A stretch of 51,379 bases of DNA from Verrucomicrobia bacterium UBA6982 (lineage in GTDB: Bacteria > Verrucomicrobiota > Kiritimatiellia > RFP12 > UBA3636), in the NCBI GenBank assembly GCA_002448475.1, contig DJYI01000018.1, positions 7,519 through 58,897 of the forward strand, written 5' to 3'. Under the pieces are notes generated by a model that had not been told where the DNA came from, made no database searches, and was given only the letters and a program-made list of their open reading frames with translations. Positions within the stretch are counted from its first letter, which is position 1. Each line of letters begins with the position of its first letter. Shown piece by piece: positions 25,089-35,096 of this stretch. Position numbers and translations under genes: made by a program.

Positions 25089-26174
25089 TCAGAACGGGAG
25101 TTCCGTCTGCCGCGGGCCAGGCTTCGGCGGCGGCTTCGGCTGTGGCATTTTCAGCATCTCGGCAAGGCGGGCGTTCGGAATCTCCCATACGCGCCCGCAA
25201 AGGTGGCAGCGGAAAATCTGAGGGCGTCCGGTGCGGACCATTCCGCGAAGCACCTCGCGGGGTCGCGTGGCGAACGACGCCAGGACCTTTTCCTCGGAAC
25301 AGCGGCATCCTAGCGTCAGCGCCTGTGTAGGCCCGGTGAAGATGTCATCGAGGCCAAGAACGTCGCGCATCGTCGGCAGAGTCGCGTCAAAGCACAGAGT
25401 ATCGAGAATGGTCCCGTCGTCGAACAGCCTGTGCAGGCGCCTGATTTCGCCGGGAACAGATTCTGGAAGCGTCTGCATGGCAAGGGCGCGGACCCGATCC
25501 AGTTCGCCGTCGTAAACGGTGGCCGCAAGACACAGACGCGTCGGGAGCGCGGCGCCGAGAATGCGCGAGAAAAAGGCCTCAGGGACGCCTGGCTTGGTTT
25601 CGACGGAAATCTGGGACGTGATGTCGCCGTCGGAGTCGAAACGCGTGCATTTGGCAATTGCGCGAGACCCGCATAGCGCGTCAAGTTCCGGATCCGGCGG
25701 CGGTCCGGCGCGCCGATTTCTGCGGCGGGGGTCGCGTGTCGTGGCATCCGGCGCCCCGGCCGGAGCGCCGGATGTCGCGGAACCGCCCGGCGCGGAAGAC
25801 GCGCCGCCAGAACTGCCCTGGTTGTTCGCGGAGTCGGGGCGGGCATCCTCCTCCGGCTCCGGAGGATCGGGAAACACGGTTGAATTGAGGCAGCCGCGCA
25901 GATGCCCGACCCCGTCGATTTCGGCATACCACCCGTCGGCGCCGCCTTCGCAGTCGGCCGCCACGGCCAGAAGGTCGCCGGGGCCGGTCCAGTCCATTCC
26001 GGCCGCCGCCGTGCCGGCGAGGACTTTTCCGAGCAGCCTTGCCGGGCCTTGCGGGTAGCCGTGAGCGCGGGCAAGTCTGCGGGCCGTCTGGGAAACGTCC
26101 GTGTAGAGGAGTCGAATGCGCGCGCGCGGCGAAATCGCCTCCACGGCGGAATCGTTTGTTCGAGCTAGGACCAT
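25089..26174 (-). CDS. hslO: Hsp33 family redox chaperone with a low-complexity insertion
   Basis: N-terminal ARAH...ARLLGKVL..T, GHLRG, and C-terminal CRCS...CHLCG zinc motif. Confidence 0.75.
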   Translation of the reverse strand: MVLARTNDSAVEAISPRARIRLLYTDVSQTARRLARAHGYPQGPARLLGKVLAGTAAAGMDWTGPGDLLAVAADCEGGADGWYAEIDGVGHLRGCLNSTVFPDPPEPEEDARPDSANNQGSSGGASSAPGGSATSGAPAGAPDATTRDPRRRNRRAGPPPDPELDALCGSRAIAKCTRFDSDGDITSQISVETKPGVPEAFFSRILGAALPTRLCLAATVYDGELDRVRALAMQTLPESVPGEIRRLHRLFDDGTILDTLCFDATLPTMRDVLGLDDIFTGPTQALTLGCRCSEEKVLASFATRPREVLRGMVRTGRPQIFRCHLCGRVWEIPNARLAEMLKMPQPKPPPKPGPRQTELPF

Positions 26175-26190
26175 GGTGCAGTGAAATATG

Positions 26191-26823
26191 TCACACCGCC
26201 TCGGACGAGCCGTCCCAGGCGGCAAAATTGGCGAGCAGCCGCAGCCCGATTCTGCCGGACTTTTCGGGATGGAACTGCGTGGCGGCGAGATTGCCGCGAC
26301 CGACCATCGAGGCGAATTCGACACCGCAGTAGTTCGTGGTGCCGACTACATCGGCCGATTCGTCCGGAGCGGGGTAAAAACTGTGGACGAAATAGAAGTC
26401 AGACCCGTCCGGAATTCCGGAAAGAAGCGGGTGGCGCCTGGCGATTTTGACCTGGTTCCAGCCCATTTCGGGTATTTTCTCGGCGTGATTCCGCGCCACG
26501 AAGCGGCGAACGCGGCCACGCAGAAGACCAAGGCAGTCGATTCCGCCGTCTTCCTCGGACCGCTCAAACAGTATCTGGGTGCCCAGGCAGATTCCCAGAA
26601 ACGGAACTCCTGCCGCGATTCGTTCCCGAAGAACGGGCTCAAGGCCGAGTTCGCGCAGGTTTTTCATCGCCGCGCCTGCAGCGCCGACGCCGGGGAACAA
26701 AACCTTGTCGCAGGCGCGAATGCCCTCCGGATCGCGCAGGATCCTGGCGCTGGCGCCGATCGACTCAAACGCGAGCCGGACGCTCGTGAGGTTTCCGGCC
26801 TTGTAGTCAACTATCGCAATCAC
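26191..26823 (-). CDS. hisH: Imidazole glycerol phosphate synthase glutaminase subunit
   Basis: IAIVDYKAGNL, PGVGA, LGICLG, P.MGWN, YFVHSF, QFHPEKS; GTG start overlaps the upstream stop. Confidence 0.95.
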   Translation of the reverse strand: MIAIVDYKAGNLTSVRLAFESIGASARILRDPEGIRACDKVLFPGVGAAGAAMKNLRELGLEPVLRERIAAGVPFLGICLGTQILFERSEEDGGIDCLGLLRGRVRRFVARNHAEKIPEMGWNQVKIARRHPLLSGIPDGSDFYFVHSFYPAPDESADVVGTTNYCGVEFASMVGRGNLAATQFHPEKSGRIGLRLLANFAAWDGSSEAV

Positions 26824-28352
26824 CTGACTGAAGCCTCCATTGTCTGTCCGCAGGGCTCCTCGCATGCGTCTCCGTTCGTTTTTTCGCCAGCCGGAGAAGG
26901 CGCGTCTGAGAGCAGCCCCAATGCGCACATTCCAGCCGTCAGCCAGACCAGGCACGGCACCTGCATCGGAAAATCGAAAATGGCGTGGACGCACAGCATC
27001 GCGAGAGTCATCCACGCCGCTAGCGGCGCCGCCCGGTCAAGAGCAGGAGCATCGCGAAGCTGGACGGCGCCCTGGCGCAGAGGGAGGGCGACAAGCAGGA
27101 AAAGAAGCGGCGGCAGGAAAAGGGCGAATCCGACAGTCCCGTATTCCTCAAGCAGCTGCGTCCAGTCGCTATGCACTTCGTAGAGGTGCTTTCCATAGTC
27201 GGAGTGACGGGGGCGCATCAGCCGCGGAACGCCGCCGGGACCGCGTCGAACGCCGTCCGAAGTCGGCTCGAACTGCGCCCACCGGTGCGTATGCTGCCCC
27301 GGACCGATTCCGAAGCGAGGGCTGCTGCGCCACGCCCGGAGGGCGGCCCCGATGTATTGCCCGCGATCGAACTTGTAGGCGAACGTGTCGGCGATCTGCT
27401 GGCGGAATTTCGGATCCCAAAAAGCGGATTTTGGACTTTCGGCATTTTGCCAGAGCTTCCAGAACTGATGCCCCCGGACGCGCGACATCAGGGGGTTGTC
27501 CGTGTAGCGAACGGCGCAGGCGCCGCCAACGACCGCGCAGAGCACAAGAGCCGTGAAGACGACGCGCGTCAAAAATCCGCGACCGCGGAAGCCGAAGAGA
27601 GCCAGCGAGGCGACGCATGAGACAAAGGCCGCGCTCAGACCCCAGCGCGACGCAGAAAGAAATCCCGAGCCGAAGAAAACCGCCGAGAGCGCCAGCCAGC
27701 CAAACCTTGCGAGGGCCGATGGACCGCGAGAGCGCGGGGCAATGGCGGCTGCGACAGCGACGAATCCGAAGATGGTGGCGAAGTCAACGTAGTTGTTCGG
27801 GCAGAAGAACGGCGCGGACGCGCGGTTGACGTAGTGAAAGTCATTGCCCTTCACCCACAAGATCTGCATGTCGCCCGTGAGAAAGTGGTTCACGGCGGCA
27901 TAGACGCAGACAACAACCGCGTTTGCGACAAGAAAGCGCAGAATCGCCGCGCGCGAACGCGGCCCGGACGAGACGCACAGCGAAAGCGCAAGCAGCCACG
28001 GCGTGGCGAAGAGCATGAGACTGCGTTCGGCCTCCATTACCACAAGCGGGCTGCCAGGCCCGGAAGGACGCCCGGCGCGCCAGAGCGCATACGCGAAAAA
28101 TGGCAGGCACAGCGCCAGCGCGGCCACCGCGCGGGCCGGTGAGCGCGGCCGGGCTCGAACTCCGCTTATCACCTCGACCATCGCCCCGAGACCAGAACAG
28201 GCCGCAGCCGCGAAAATGAATGCGGCCATTGGCCAGAACCACCACTTCTCCACCGAGGCGAAGCACCATGGGCTGGCCGCCAGCATCACGCCGCAAAGCG
28301 TCGTGGCGGCGCCATGGAAAAACCCGGCCGTCCGGGCCAGTCCGTTCTTCAT
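26820..28352 (-). CDS. O-antigen ligase (WaaL/Wzy_C) family membrane protein
   Basis: Multi-TM; RASAPFFCPNN, SASR.G, FGIGPG, VHSDWTQLLEEYG, HAIFDFP. Confidence 0.8.
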   Translation of the reverse strand: MKNGLARTAGFFHGAATTLCGVMLAASPWCFASVEKWWFWPMAAFIFAAAACSGLGAMVEVISGVRARPRSPARAVAALALCLPFFAYALWRAGRPSGPGSPLVVMEAERSLMLFATPWLLALSLCVSSGPRSRAAILRFLVANAVVVCVYAAVNHFLTGDMQILWVKGNDFHYVNRASAPFFCPNNYVDFATIFGFVAVAAAIAPRSRGPSALARFGWLALSAVFFGSGFLSASRWGLSAAFVSCVASLALFGFRGRGFLTRVVFTALVLCAVVGGACAVRYTDNPLMSRVRGHQFWKLWQNAESPKSAFWDPKFRQQIADTFAYKFDRGQYIGAALRAWRSSPRFGIGPGQHTHRWAQFEPTSDGVRRGPGGVPRLMRPRHSDYGKHLYEVHSDWTQLLEEYGTVGFALFLPPLLFLLVALPLRQGAVQLRDAPALDRAAPLAAWMTLAMLCVHAIFDFPMQVPCLVWLTAGMCALGLLSDAPSPAGEKTNGDACEEPCGQTMEASVR

Positions 28353-28406
28353 GTTGCCTTTTCCTCCTGTCAGACTTTCGAATTGCCGAGCATTGGCGAC
28401 GTCAGA

Positions 28407-30749
28407 TCAGTTGTCGAACCCGATCCAGAACACAAAACGGCGGGAGCGCACCCAGTCGTCAGGCTTGTCAATCGGCATCGCATAGTCGAGGCGGATCGGG
28501 AAGCCGACGAAATCGAGACGGAAGCCGACGCCCCATGACGATGCCAGATCTCCCGGATCGAAGTCCCAGGCGTCCTCCCAGACGTTGCCCACGTCGTAGA
28601 ACATCGCGAAGCGAATCTTCTCGGCCAGCGGCACCGCCCATTCGGCGGTCGCCCACAACTTGCTGCGGCCGCCGATCGGGGAAAAGTCGTTCTTGTAGTC
28701 GTCGCTGATCGCCTTCGGACCCAAATCGCGGTGGCGGAAACCGCGAATGTTGCGCCCGCCGCCGAGAAAATACCGGGAACCGATCGGCACGTCGTCGCCG
28801 CCCATTCCGTCCACCGTGGCTGCGAAGCCGGAGAGCGAAAGCGTGGTGCCGAACGGAGTCGGAACATAGTGGAAAAGCTTGGCGGATGTCTCGTAGAAGT
28901 CGTAATCCGACCCCAGGGCCGCATTGTGCAGCTTGCCCGAGACGACTGCGCGCGTTCCGCGACGCGGGACAAGCGGCTGGTCGCGCGTGTCGTAGGACCA
29001 GGTGAGGCGCAGCCAGCCGAGCATATACGAGTCGTCCTCGTCGCGGAAGGAATACGCCTCGTCCGGACGGTCGAGCAGGTGAAAGTGCTCGGAAGTCACG
29101 TCCTTTAGGCGGACGCCTTCGACTCCGTAGTCCAATCCGACGCGGCCAATTCCCGAAAAGAACTTCGCCAGTCCCGCGGAGGCGCCGAGCCTGCGCTCGT
29201 CGTATTCGTTGTATTCCCGGGTGTGCAGCCAGGCGTCGATATCGAGGGAGAGGCGACGGTCAAGGAACCACGGCTCCACAAACGAAACGTCAACATCCGT
29301 TGAGTCGCCGGAAACCGTGAGGTCGAGTCTGGCCTTCTGGCCGGCGCCGCGAAACGAAGGCCAGTTGAAGATGTCGAAGTTCGACTGCGACACTCCGAAC
29401 ATGCCGATAAGGTGATCGACAGACGAAAAGCCCGCGCCGAAGAAAAGGTTCCCGGTTGGCTTTTCGTCAACCTCGAAGAACAGGTCGCGCAGATCCTGAC
29501 CGACGGACGAGTCGAACGTCCGGACGTCCTCGAAGTATCCCAGGTTCATGAGACGCCGGCGCGAACGCTCCGACTGAACCGTGTCGTAGGGGTCGCCGGG
29601 GTTCAGGCCGATTTCCCGCTGGATGACCTTCTCCTTCGTGATGGTGTTTCCGCGAATGCGGACATCGCGCAGGTGGACGAGAGGCCCCTCCTTCACGCGC
29701 AGCGAGAGATCCACGACGGAATTGGGGCCGGGGACGGCCGCGCTCTCCACAACTGTGTCCGGGTAGCCGCGGGAGGCGAAGTAGTCGCGCACCGCGGTGC
29801 GAGCCTCCTCCATCGCAGCGGCCCCGGCGATGTCGCCGGGCTTAAGCGCGGCGGCGGCGCGGACGTCTGAAACCGGGAAAAGGGTGACTCCGGTGACGGT
29901 GAGCGAGCGCAGACGATACTGGGGGCCTTCGGACACGTCGTATGAAACGTGCATCGAGCCGTCGCGGCGCTCGGCACGCGGGAGAGACACCGTCGCGTCG
30001 AGGTAGCCGGCGTCGAGATACTGCTTCAGCGCGTCGCCGCGAACGGCGTCAAGGTCCTCGGGCGCGATGCGCGGATTGATGAACCACGACTGCGGGTTGA
30101 ACCAGCTGTGAAGCTGCGCGAGACGACCAAGACTGGTTTCGGAGATCGTGACGGCGCCGGGGAAGGAAAGAAAGTCCATGTGGAGGCGTTCGCCCTCCTT
30201 GACGGAGAAGACGACCGTGGCGCCGCCGGGAAGGTCCGCCGCCGGGAGGATGCGGCCTTCGACCGTGGCGTCGAAGCGGCGGCGCTGGCGATAGAGGGCC
30301 CGCAACTTTGCCGCGGAGGAGGAGACAACCGCCTCGTCGATGAAGTCTCCGGGCTTGAGATCTACGGTCTTGAGAGCGCGGGAGCGCGAAATGGCGTCGA
30401 GCCCCTCGAACGCCGGCTCCGACGCCAGAACGCGCCTGGCGCGAACGACGAACGTCACCTTGGCGCCGCCTGGGACGCTTTCGGTGAATACGTCGGCGGC
30501 GGAGAAACGGTGCGAGCCAAGCAGGGCCTTGACGTCGGCCGAAAGAGCCTCGCGCTCCAGAGCGTCGCCCTCGCGCGTGGAAAGGAAGCCGCCGACGAAG
30601 GTCTCGTCCACCGGCACGTCACCCTCGGCGCGGATGACCACTTGCCGGACGACGGGGCCCGAGCCAGCCGAGGGCGCGCCTTGCGCGGCGGATTCAATGG
30701 AAAATGCGGAAAGCGCGCCGCACACACCGACCAGGAGGAATTTGTTCAT
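28407..30749 (-). CDS. bamA: Outer membrane protein assembly factor BamA
   Basis: Signal peptide, POTRA repeats (GNTITKEKVIQRE, LMNLGYF), barrel with IRGF loop motif, C-terminal FVFWIG. Confidence 0.92.
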   Translation of the reverse strand: MNKFLLVGVCGALSAFSIESAAQGAPSAGSGPVVRQVVIRAEGDVPVDETFVGGFLSTREGDALEREALSADVKALLGSHRFSAADVFTESVPGGAKVTFVVRARRVLASEPAFEGLDAISRSRALKTVDLKPGDFIDEAVVSSSAAKLRALYRQRRRFDATVEGRILPAADLPGGATVVFSVKEGERLHMDFLSFPGAVTISETSLGRLAQLHSWFNPQSWFINPRIAPEDLDAVRGDALKQYLDAGYLDATVSLPRAERRDGSMHVSYDVSEGPQYRLRSLTVTGVTLFPVSDVRAAAALKPGDIAGAAAMEEARTAVRDYFASRGYPDTVVESAAVPGPNSVVDLSLRVKEGPLVHLRDVRIRGNTITKEKVIQREIGLNPGDPYDTVQSERSRRRLMNLGYFEDVRTFDSSVGQDLRDLFFEVDEKPTGNLFFGAGFSSVDHLIGMFGVSQSNFDIFNWPSFRGAGQKARLDLTVSGDSTDVDVSFVEPWFLDRRLSLDIDAWLHTREYNEYDERRLGASAGLAKFFSGIGRVGLDYGVEGVRLKDVTSEHFHLLDRPDEAYSFRDEDDSYMLGWLRLTWSYDTRDQPLVPRRGTRAVVSGKLHNAALGSDYDFYETSAKLFHYVPTPFGTTLSLSGFAATVDGMGGDDVPIGSRYFLGGGRNIRGFRHRDLGPKAISDDYKNDFSPIGGRSKLWATAEWAVPLAEKIRFAMFYDVGNVWEDAWDFDPGDLASSWGVGFRLDFVGFPIRLDYAMPIDKPDDWVRSRRFVFWIGFDN

Positions 30750-30831
30750 GAGACGTTTGGATTGCGAGAAGCGATAAGGACGGGATTTGAAATCGGGATT
30801 CTGAATTTGAGATTTGGGATCCGTTGAAACG

Positions 30832-31827
30832 TTACAACTCATCCGGGGACACGGTGGCAGTTCCCACCTTGCCAACGACAACCCCCGCGGCCTCGTTGGC
30901 GAAACGCGCCGCCTCCCGCAGGCCGAACCCGGCCGAAAGCGCGAGAACAAGCGCGGAAATCACGGTGTCGCCGGCTCCGGAAACGTCGAAGACCTCCCTG
31001 GCGGCGGTCGGGATGCGCTCCGCCGCCCTTCCGCCATCGCCGAGGAGCATTCCGTCCGGCCCGAGAGTGACCACCAGCATTTTCGGCGCAAAGCGCCTGT
31101 GTATCGCCGCGCACACGTCGTCCGCCGGGAACGGCATCCCGGGAACATCCTCGATTCCCGCGAGGCGCAGCGCCTCGGTTCGGTTGGGCGTCATGAGAGA
31201 CACGCCGGAAAAGTCAACGCCGGCACGGGGCTTCGGATCCAGGGCGACGAGTTCCGGACGGTGCGGCAAGGCGAGAATGGATTGAATCGTCTCGGTCGAA
31301 ATTGATCCCTTGGCGTAGTCGGAAAGAACGATGGCGTCGGCCTCCGCGGCGTCGGCGGCAAGAATCCGCGCAAGCTCCTCCGGCGGCGTCGCATACGCCG
31401 AAGGCGGCGCTTCGCGGTCGAGGCGGCACACCTGCTGGCGACGGCACAGCACGCGCGTCTTCACGATTGTCGGGCGCGAGTCCGAAATGGAGCCGGGAAC
31501 AAGCGTCACGCCGCGATCCGAGAGCATTGCTTCGAGACGGGCGCCATCGGCGTCGCGCCCTATCGGCGAGAAGAGCCGCGCCCGGGCTCCCAGCGAGGCA
31601 AGATTCACCGCGACATTGGCCGCGCCGCCCGGAACGGCGGACTCCCGCTCCACGCGAACCACGGGGACAGGCGCCTCGGGGGAAAGCCTGGTGGCGTCGC
31701 CCCAGACGTAGCTGTCAAGCATCGCATCGCCGACCACGAGGATGCGGCGGCCCTTCGCGGCGGCTAGAATTTCTGCGTTGGTCGCGTTCATGGCGTTGGT
31801 CGCGTTCATGGCGTTAGTCGCGTTCAT
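30832..31827 (-). CDS. rfaE1: D-glycero-beta-D-manno-heptose-7-phosphate kinase (RfaE domain I, PfkB family)
   Basis: ILVVGDAMLD.Y..G...RLSPEAPVPV, GGAANVA.N, LSDYAKG, TPNR.E, DVSGAGDT. Confidence 0.9.
   Translation of the reverse strand: MNATNAMNATNAMNATNAEILAAAKGRRILVVGDAMLDSYVWGDATRLSPEAPVPVVRVERESAVPGGAANVAVNLASLGARARLFSPIGRDADGARLEAMLSDRGVTLVPGSISDSRPTIVKTRVLCRRQQVCRLDREAPPSAYATPPEELARILAADAAEADAIVLSDYAKGSISTETIQSILALPHRPELVALDPKPRAGVDFSGVSLMTPNRTEALRLAGIEDVPGMPFPADDVCAAIHRRFAPKMLVVTLGPDGMLLGDGGRAAERIPTAAREVFDVSGAGDTVISALVLALSAGFGLREAARFANEAAGVVVGKVGTATVSPDEL
31774..31827. repeat. 18-bp tandem repeat encoding MNATNA x3 at the RfaE1 N-terminus
   Basis: GCGTTGGTCGCGTTCATG repeated three times. 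Confidence 0.9.
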
Positions 31828-31903
31828 GGAGCGGCGCAGGATACCACGCCGCCCGCACCGGGGCAATGATGCCCGGCAAAACACGCGCCACCCGCCTGTT
31901 CCA

Positions 31904-31933
31904 CGCGCCCCGCCTTCATCCGGGCGGGGCGCG
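31904..31933. terminator. GC-rich hairpin downstream of the cupin gene (no U-tract)
   Basis: CGCGCCCCGCC-N8-GGCGGGGCGCG, 11-bp stem. Confidence 0.4.
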
Positions 31934-31956
31934 GGGCACGGGGGCTGGCCTGCTCC

Positions 31957-32448
31957 CTATTCCATCGCCTTGTCGATTTCGGGATGCTGGACGGCCAGCG
32001 GCATGTCCTTCTGGGCGAGGTAGAACATGTCGAGGACAATGGGCTTGTCGCCAGTGTTCATGCCGCAGTGGATTGGGCCGACCATTTCGACAATGGGGTC
32101 GCCGGCGCGGACGACCTGGCGCTGGCCTTCAAGCCCGACGATGGTCAGTTCGCCCTGCTGAAGGATCCCGTAGTTGATGACCGGGTGGTGGTGCCAGGGG
32201 AGCTTGCTTCCGACGGGGAACACGTAGCGCATCACGACCAGTTCCGGCTTTCCCTTCAGATAGTCGGGCAGCGCGGTGCCGTCCCAGCTCTCGGAGGTGC
32301 GCTTGAGCTCAAGCTTTTGAACCTCGGTGACGTTGTCGTATTTCGCGAACGGGGACTGCGTGCCGCATTTTTCGGGGCAGGTCGCGCATCCGGCGAGGAA
32401 GGCGGCCGCAATGGCGGCCAGACAGACGGACTGCATGCGTTTCATCAT
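31957..32448 (-). CDS. Cupin-domain lipoprotein
   Basis: Lipobox LAGC; LPWHHHP...G...QGEL...AGD..VE....H.G.N cupin motifs. Confidence 0.85.
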   Translation of the reverse strand: MMKRMQSVCLAAIAAAFLAGCATCPEKCGTQSPFAKYDNVTEVQKLELKRTSESWDGTALPDYLKGKPELVVMRYVFPVGSKLPWHHHPVINYGILQQGELTIVGLEGQRQVVRAGDPIVEMVGPIHCGMNTGDKPIVLDMFYLAQKDMPLAVQHPEIDKAME

Positions 32449-32533
32449 GGTGATCTCTCTTTGCGATGTTGCTGAGTTTTTTGTGTGTTGTTTGCGGGAC
32501 TGGACGGCAAGAGCCGCCCGTCAAGAAGTCTGT

Positions 32534-34180
32534 TCAGGCTCGACCGCGCCAGCGGAGCAGCAGCTGGGTGCGGTCGTCGGACTGCTCCGTGCCTGCCGCA
32601 TGGGCCTCGACAAGGGCGAGAACCGCGTCGGCGCATGTCTCCGGGCGGGAGAGGAAGTCGCCGCCACCGAGACCGGCGCGCAGGCGCGCCTCACCGAAGA
32701 GTTCGCCGTGCGGGTCGGTCTGCTCGGTGATGCCGTCGGTGTAGAGGTAGAGTTCGTCGCCGGGTTCGAGGGCGACCTCGCCCGTCCGGTATTTGACCCC
32801 GGGCATCGCGCCGAGAACGAGACCAGGGCGCGAGCGCAGGTAGGCGGCAGAGCCGTCCTTCGCGCGCAGGACGACTGGCGGGTTGTGCCCGGCGTTCACG
32901 TAGCGCACGATCCCGGTATCGAGCATGATCTCGCCGATCCAGGCGGTCACGAACATGTTCGCGGCGTTGCCCTCGCAGAGCGCGTTGTTGGCCTCCGAGA
33001 CGGCGTCGGCGAGCGACCGGCCTGACTGCGCGAGATTCTTGAAAAGCGTCTTGGCGCGCATCATGAAGAGCGCGGCGGGGACGCCCTTGTCGCTCACGTC
33101 GGCTACGAGGAAGGCGAGGCGGCCGGGACCGGTGAAGTAGAAGTCGTAGAAGTCGCCGCCGACCTCGCGCGCCGGCTTCATGCTGGCGTAGATGTCGATG
33201 CGCTTCTCGTCGGGGAACGGCGGAAACACGCGCGGAATGGCGTTCTCCTGGATGTCGGCGGCCATCGCCATCTCCCTTGCGCGGCGGGCGCGGACCTGCG
33301 CGCGCACCCAGCCTGAGATCACCAGGCCGACGAGAATCGCGGCGAGGACGAGCGCGGCGGCGTTGAGGAACGCGGAGGTGCCGACGAGGACGCGCCGCTC
33401 GACGATCGCCGTGCGACGCGGGATTGTCACATAGACCGGAAAGCCCTCTATGTCGCGCCGGGCGCAGTTGAAGTCCGGCCCCGGATCGCGCCACTGCCCG
33501 CCTTCGCGCCCGGCCTCGGGGTGCGAAATGATCGTGCCGTTGCCGGTTGTGATGTAGATGCCTCCGTCGGAGCCGCTCACGTGCCAGCCGTGCGTTAGCC
33601 CGGTCACGGCGGTGCGGGCGAGGTTGCGGATCGTCTTTTCGCTGGCGCCCACCTGCACGAAGCCGCCGTCGGGAATCCACACGCCGACGTATTTCACGAC
33701 TTGGCCGCTCATTGTTTCAGGCAGAAGAGTCTGCGCGAGCTCGTATTTGTCGTGCAGAAGCGCCGCGAACTCCCGCGCCTGCCCTTCGGCCTTTGTGAAG
33801 TCGAGAACGCCGACATGATCGCGCCGGGCGCTGTGCGTGAGAAGCCCCTTGTCGTCGGCCACGCACAGTTCGTCAACGCCAAGCTCCCCGGCAAGAGCCT
33901 GGAGACGGCGGCTCGATTCGTCCGGATCGCCCCACCACGGCTCGTCGCGCATTTCAAGCACCCGGTCCCGGGCCGCCGCGGCAATACGCAGCATCCGCCC
34001 GTCCACGCGCTCGCGGATGTGGACGGCTATGTCGTCGAACACGTTGTCAACGAGGCGACGCATTTCGCCGCTCGTCATTCGCTCGTGCAGCAGCCACGTC
34101 AGCGCCATCGACGCGGCAAACGCGGTCGCGACCGCGCCGACGAGCCTCCAGGCCAGCCTGGTTCGTCCGTCCGCCATCAT
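32534..34180 (-). CDS. Membrane-bound SpoIIE/RsbU-type PP2C phosphatase with periplasmic sensor region
   Basis: Two TM helices; PAREVGGDFYD, ADVSDKG, NAGHNPP, YTDGITE, QSDD.T. Confidence 0.9.
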   Translation of the reverse strand: MMADGRTRLAWRLVGAVATAFAASMALTWLLHERMTSGEMRRLVDNVFDDIAVHIRERVDGRMLRIAAAARDRVLEMRDEPWWGDPDESSRRLQALAGELGVDELCVADDKGLLTHSARRDHVGVLDFTKAEGQAREFAALLHDKYELAQTLLPETMSGQVVKYVGVWIPDGGFVQVGASEKTIRNLARTAVTGLTHGWHVSGSDGGIYITTGNGTIISHPEAGREGGQWRDPGPDFNCARRDIEGFPVYVTIPRRTAIVERRVLVGTSAFLNAAALVLAAILVGLVISGWVRAQVRARRAREMAMAADIQENAIPRVFPPFPDEKRIDIYASMKPAREVGGDFYDFYFTGPGRLAFLVADVSDKGVPAALFMMRAKTLFKNLAQSGRSLADAVSEANNALCEGNAANMFVTAWIGEIMLDTGIVRYVNAGHNPPVVLRAKDGSAAYLRSRPGLVLGAMPGVKYRTGEVALEPGDELYLYTDGITEQTDPHGELFGEARLRAGLGGGDFLSRPETCADAVLALVEAHAAGTEQSDDRTQLLLRWRGRA

Positions 34181-34923
34181 GGCGCCCTCCTTTCCGAGAT
34201 GGCCTCGTCAAGCGCATCCTTTAGAGCCCTGTTTCCCTTGCGGACCGCTATGCCGAAGTTTTCGCGCGTCTGCAGCGGGGTCGCCGCGATTTTTCCGCCC
34301 GAGCGCTCGGCAACGAGACGCGCGGTGCAGCTGTCGTAGAAGACCGTATCGACGCGGCGCTCGCCGAAAGCCTCCATCGCCGACTCGAACGTCTCGAAAC
34401 GGAGCGGGTCGATCCCGTGGAACGTGAGGTAGAAGTCGTAGGTCGAGGCGTCTATCGTCGCGACGCGCATCCGCTCAGCCCGAAACATCGTCGGCGCCGT
34501 CTCGCCGGACCTGTAGAGGAACATCCCGCCCTCGGTGGTGTATGGCTCCGAGAAATCGACGGTCTGGCGCCTCCCCTCGGTTATCGTTATGCCCGACGCG
34601 GCGAGATCGGCCTCTCCCGAGCCGACCAGCGGCAGAAGCTCCGGGAATTTCGCGATCCGGACCGTAAGCTCGCGCCCCAGCTTCTTCGCCGCGGCGCGGG
34701 CTATCTCTATCTCCTCGCCGACGATTTCCCCTGTCGTCCCGTCGCGGTAGGAGTATGGGGGCGTCTGGCCGGTAGTCACAAGAACGAGCGGGGCGCCGGC
34801 GGCCGGGGCCGTGGCCGCCTCGCGCAGAGGCTCCGACCGTCCGCCGCATCCCGCCGCGAACAGCGCGGCGAGAGCGGCGAGAGCGGCCGAGACGGCGCCG
34901 CCCGTAAGTTTTGCTTCAGACAT
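34177..34923 (-). CDS. Family-3 (polar amino acid type) substrate-binding lipoprotein
   Basis: Lipobox AAGC; PPYSY, G.EIEIA, ITITEGR...VDFSEPY, FGIAVRKGN. Promoter TTGAAA-17-TATTCT at 35009-34981. Confidence 0.85.
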   Translation of the reverse strand: MSEAKLTGGAVSAALAALAALFAAGCGGRSEPLREAATAPAAGAPLVLVTTGQTPPYSYRDGTTGEIVGEEIEIARAAAKKLGRELTVRIAKFPELLPLVGSGEADLAASGITITEGRRQTVDFSEPYTTEGGMFLYRSGETAPTMFRAERMRVATIDASTYDFYLTFHGIDPLRFETFESAMEAFGERRVDTVFYDSCTARLVAERSGGKIAATPLQTRENFGIAVRKGNRALKDALDEAISERRAP

Positions 34924-35096
34924 TGGATGATTCGGGATTGAGGGGGCGTCCCCTCGTCGCAAGGCAGGATGTCGGAGCGGAGAATAGCAGACGGCGTGGC
35001 TCGTTTCAACATGGTTCGCCGAAATTCCGGCAAAGGGGCCGCACGACGCCAATTGCAGTCTTGATTGCGCGGCGGCGTTGGGGTAGAATCCGGCGC

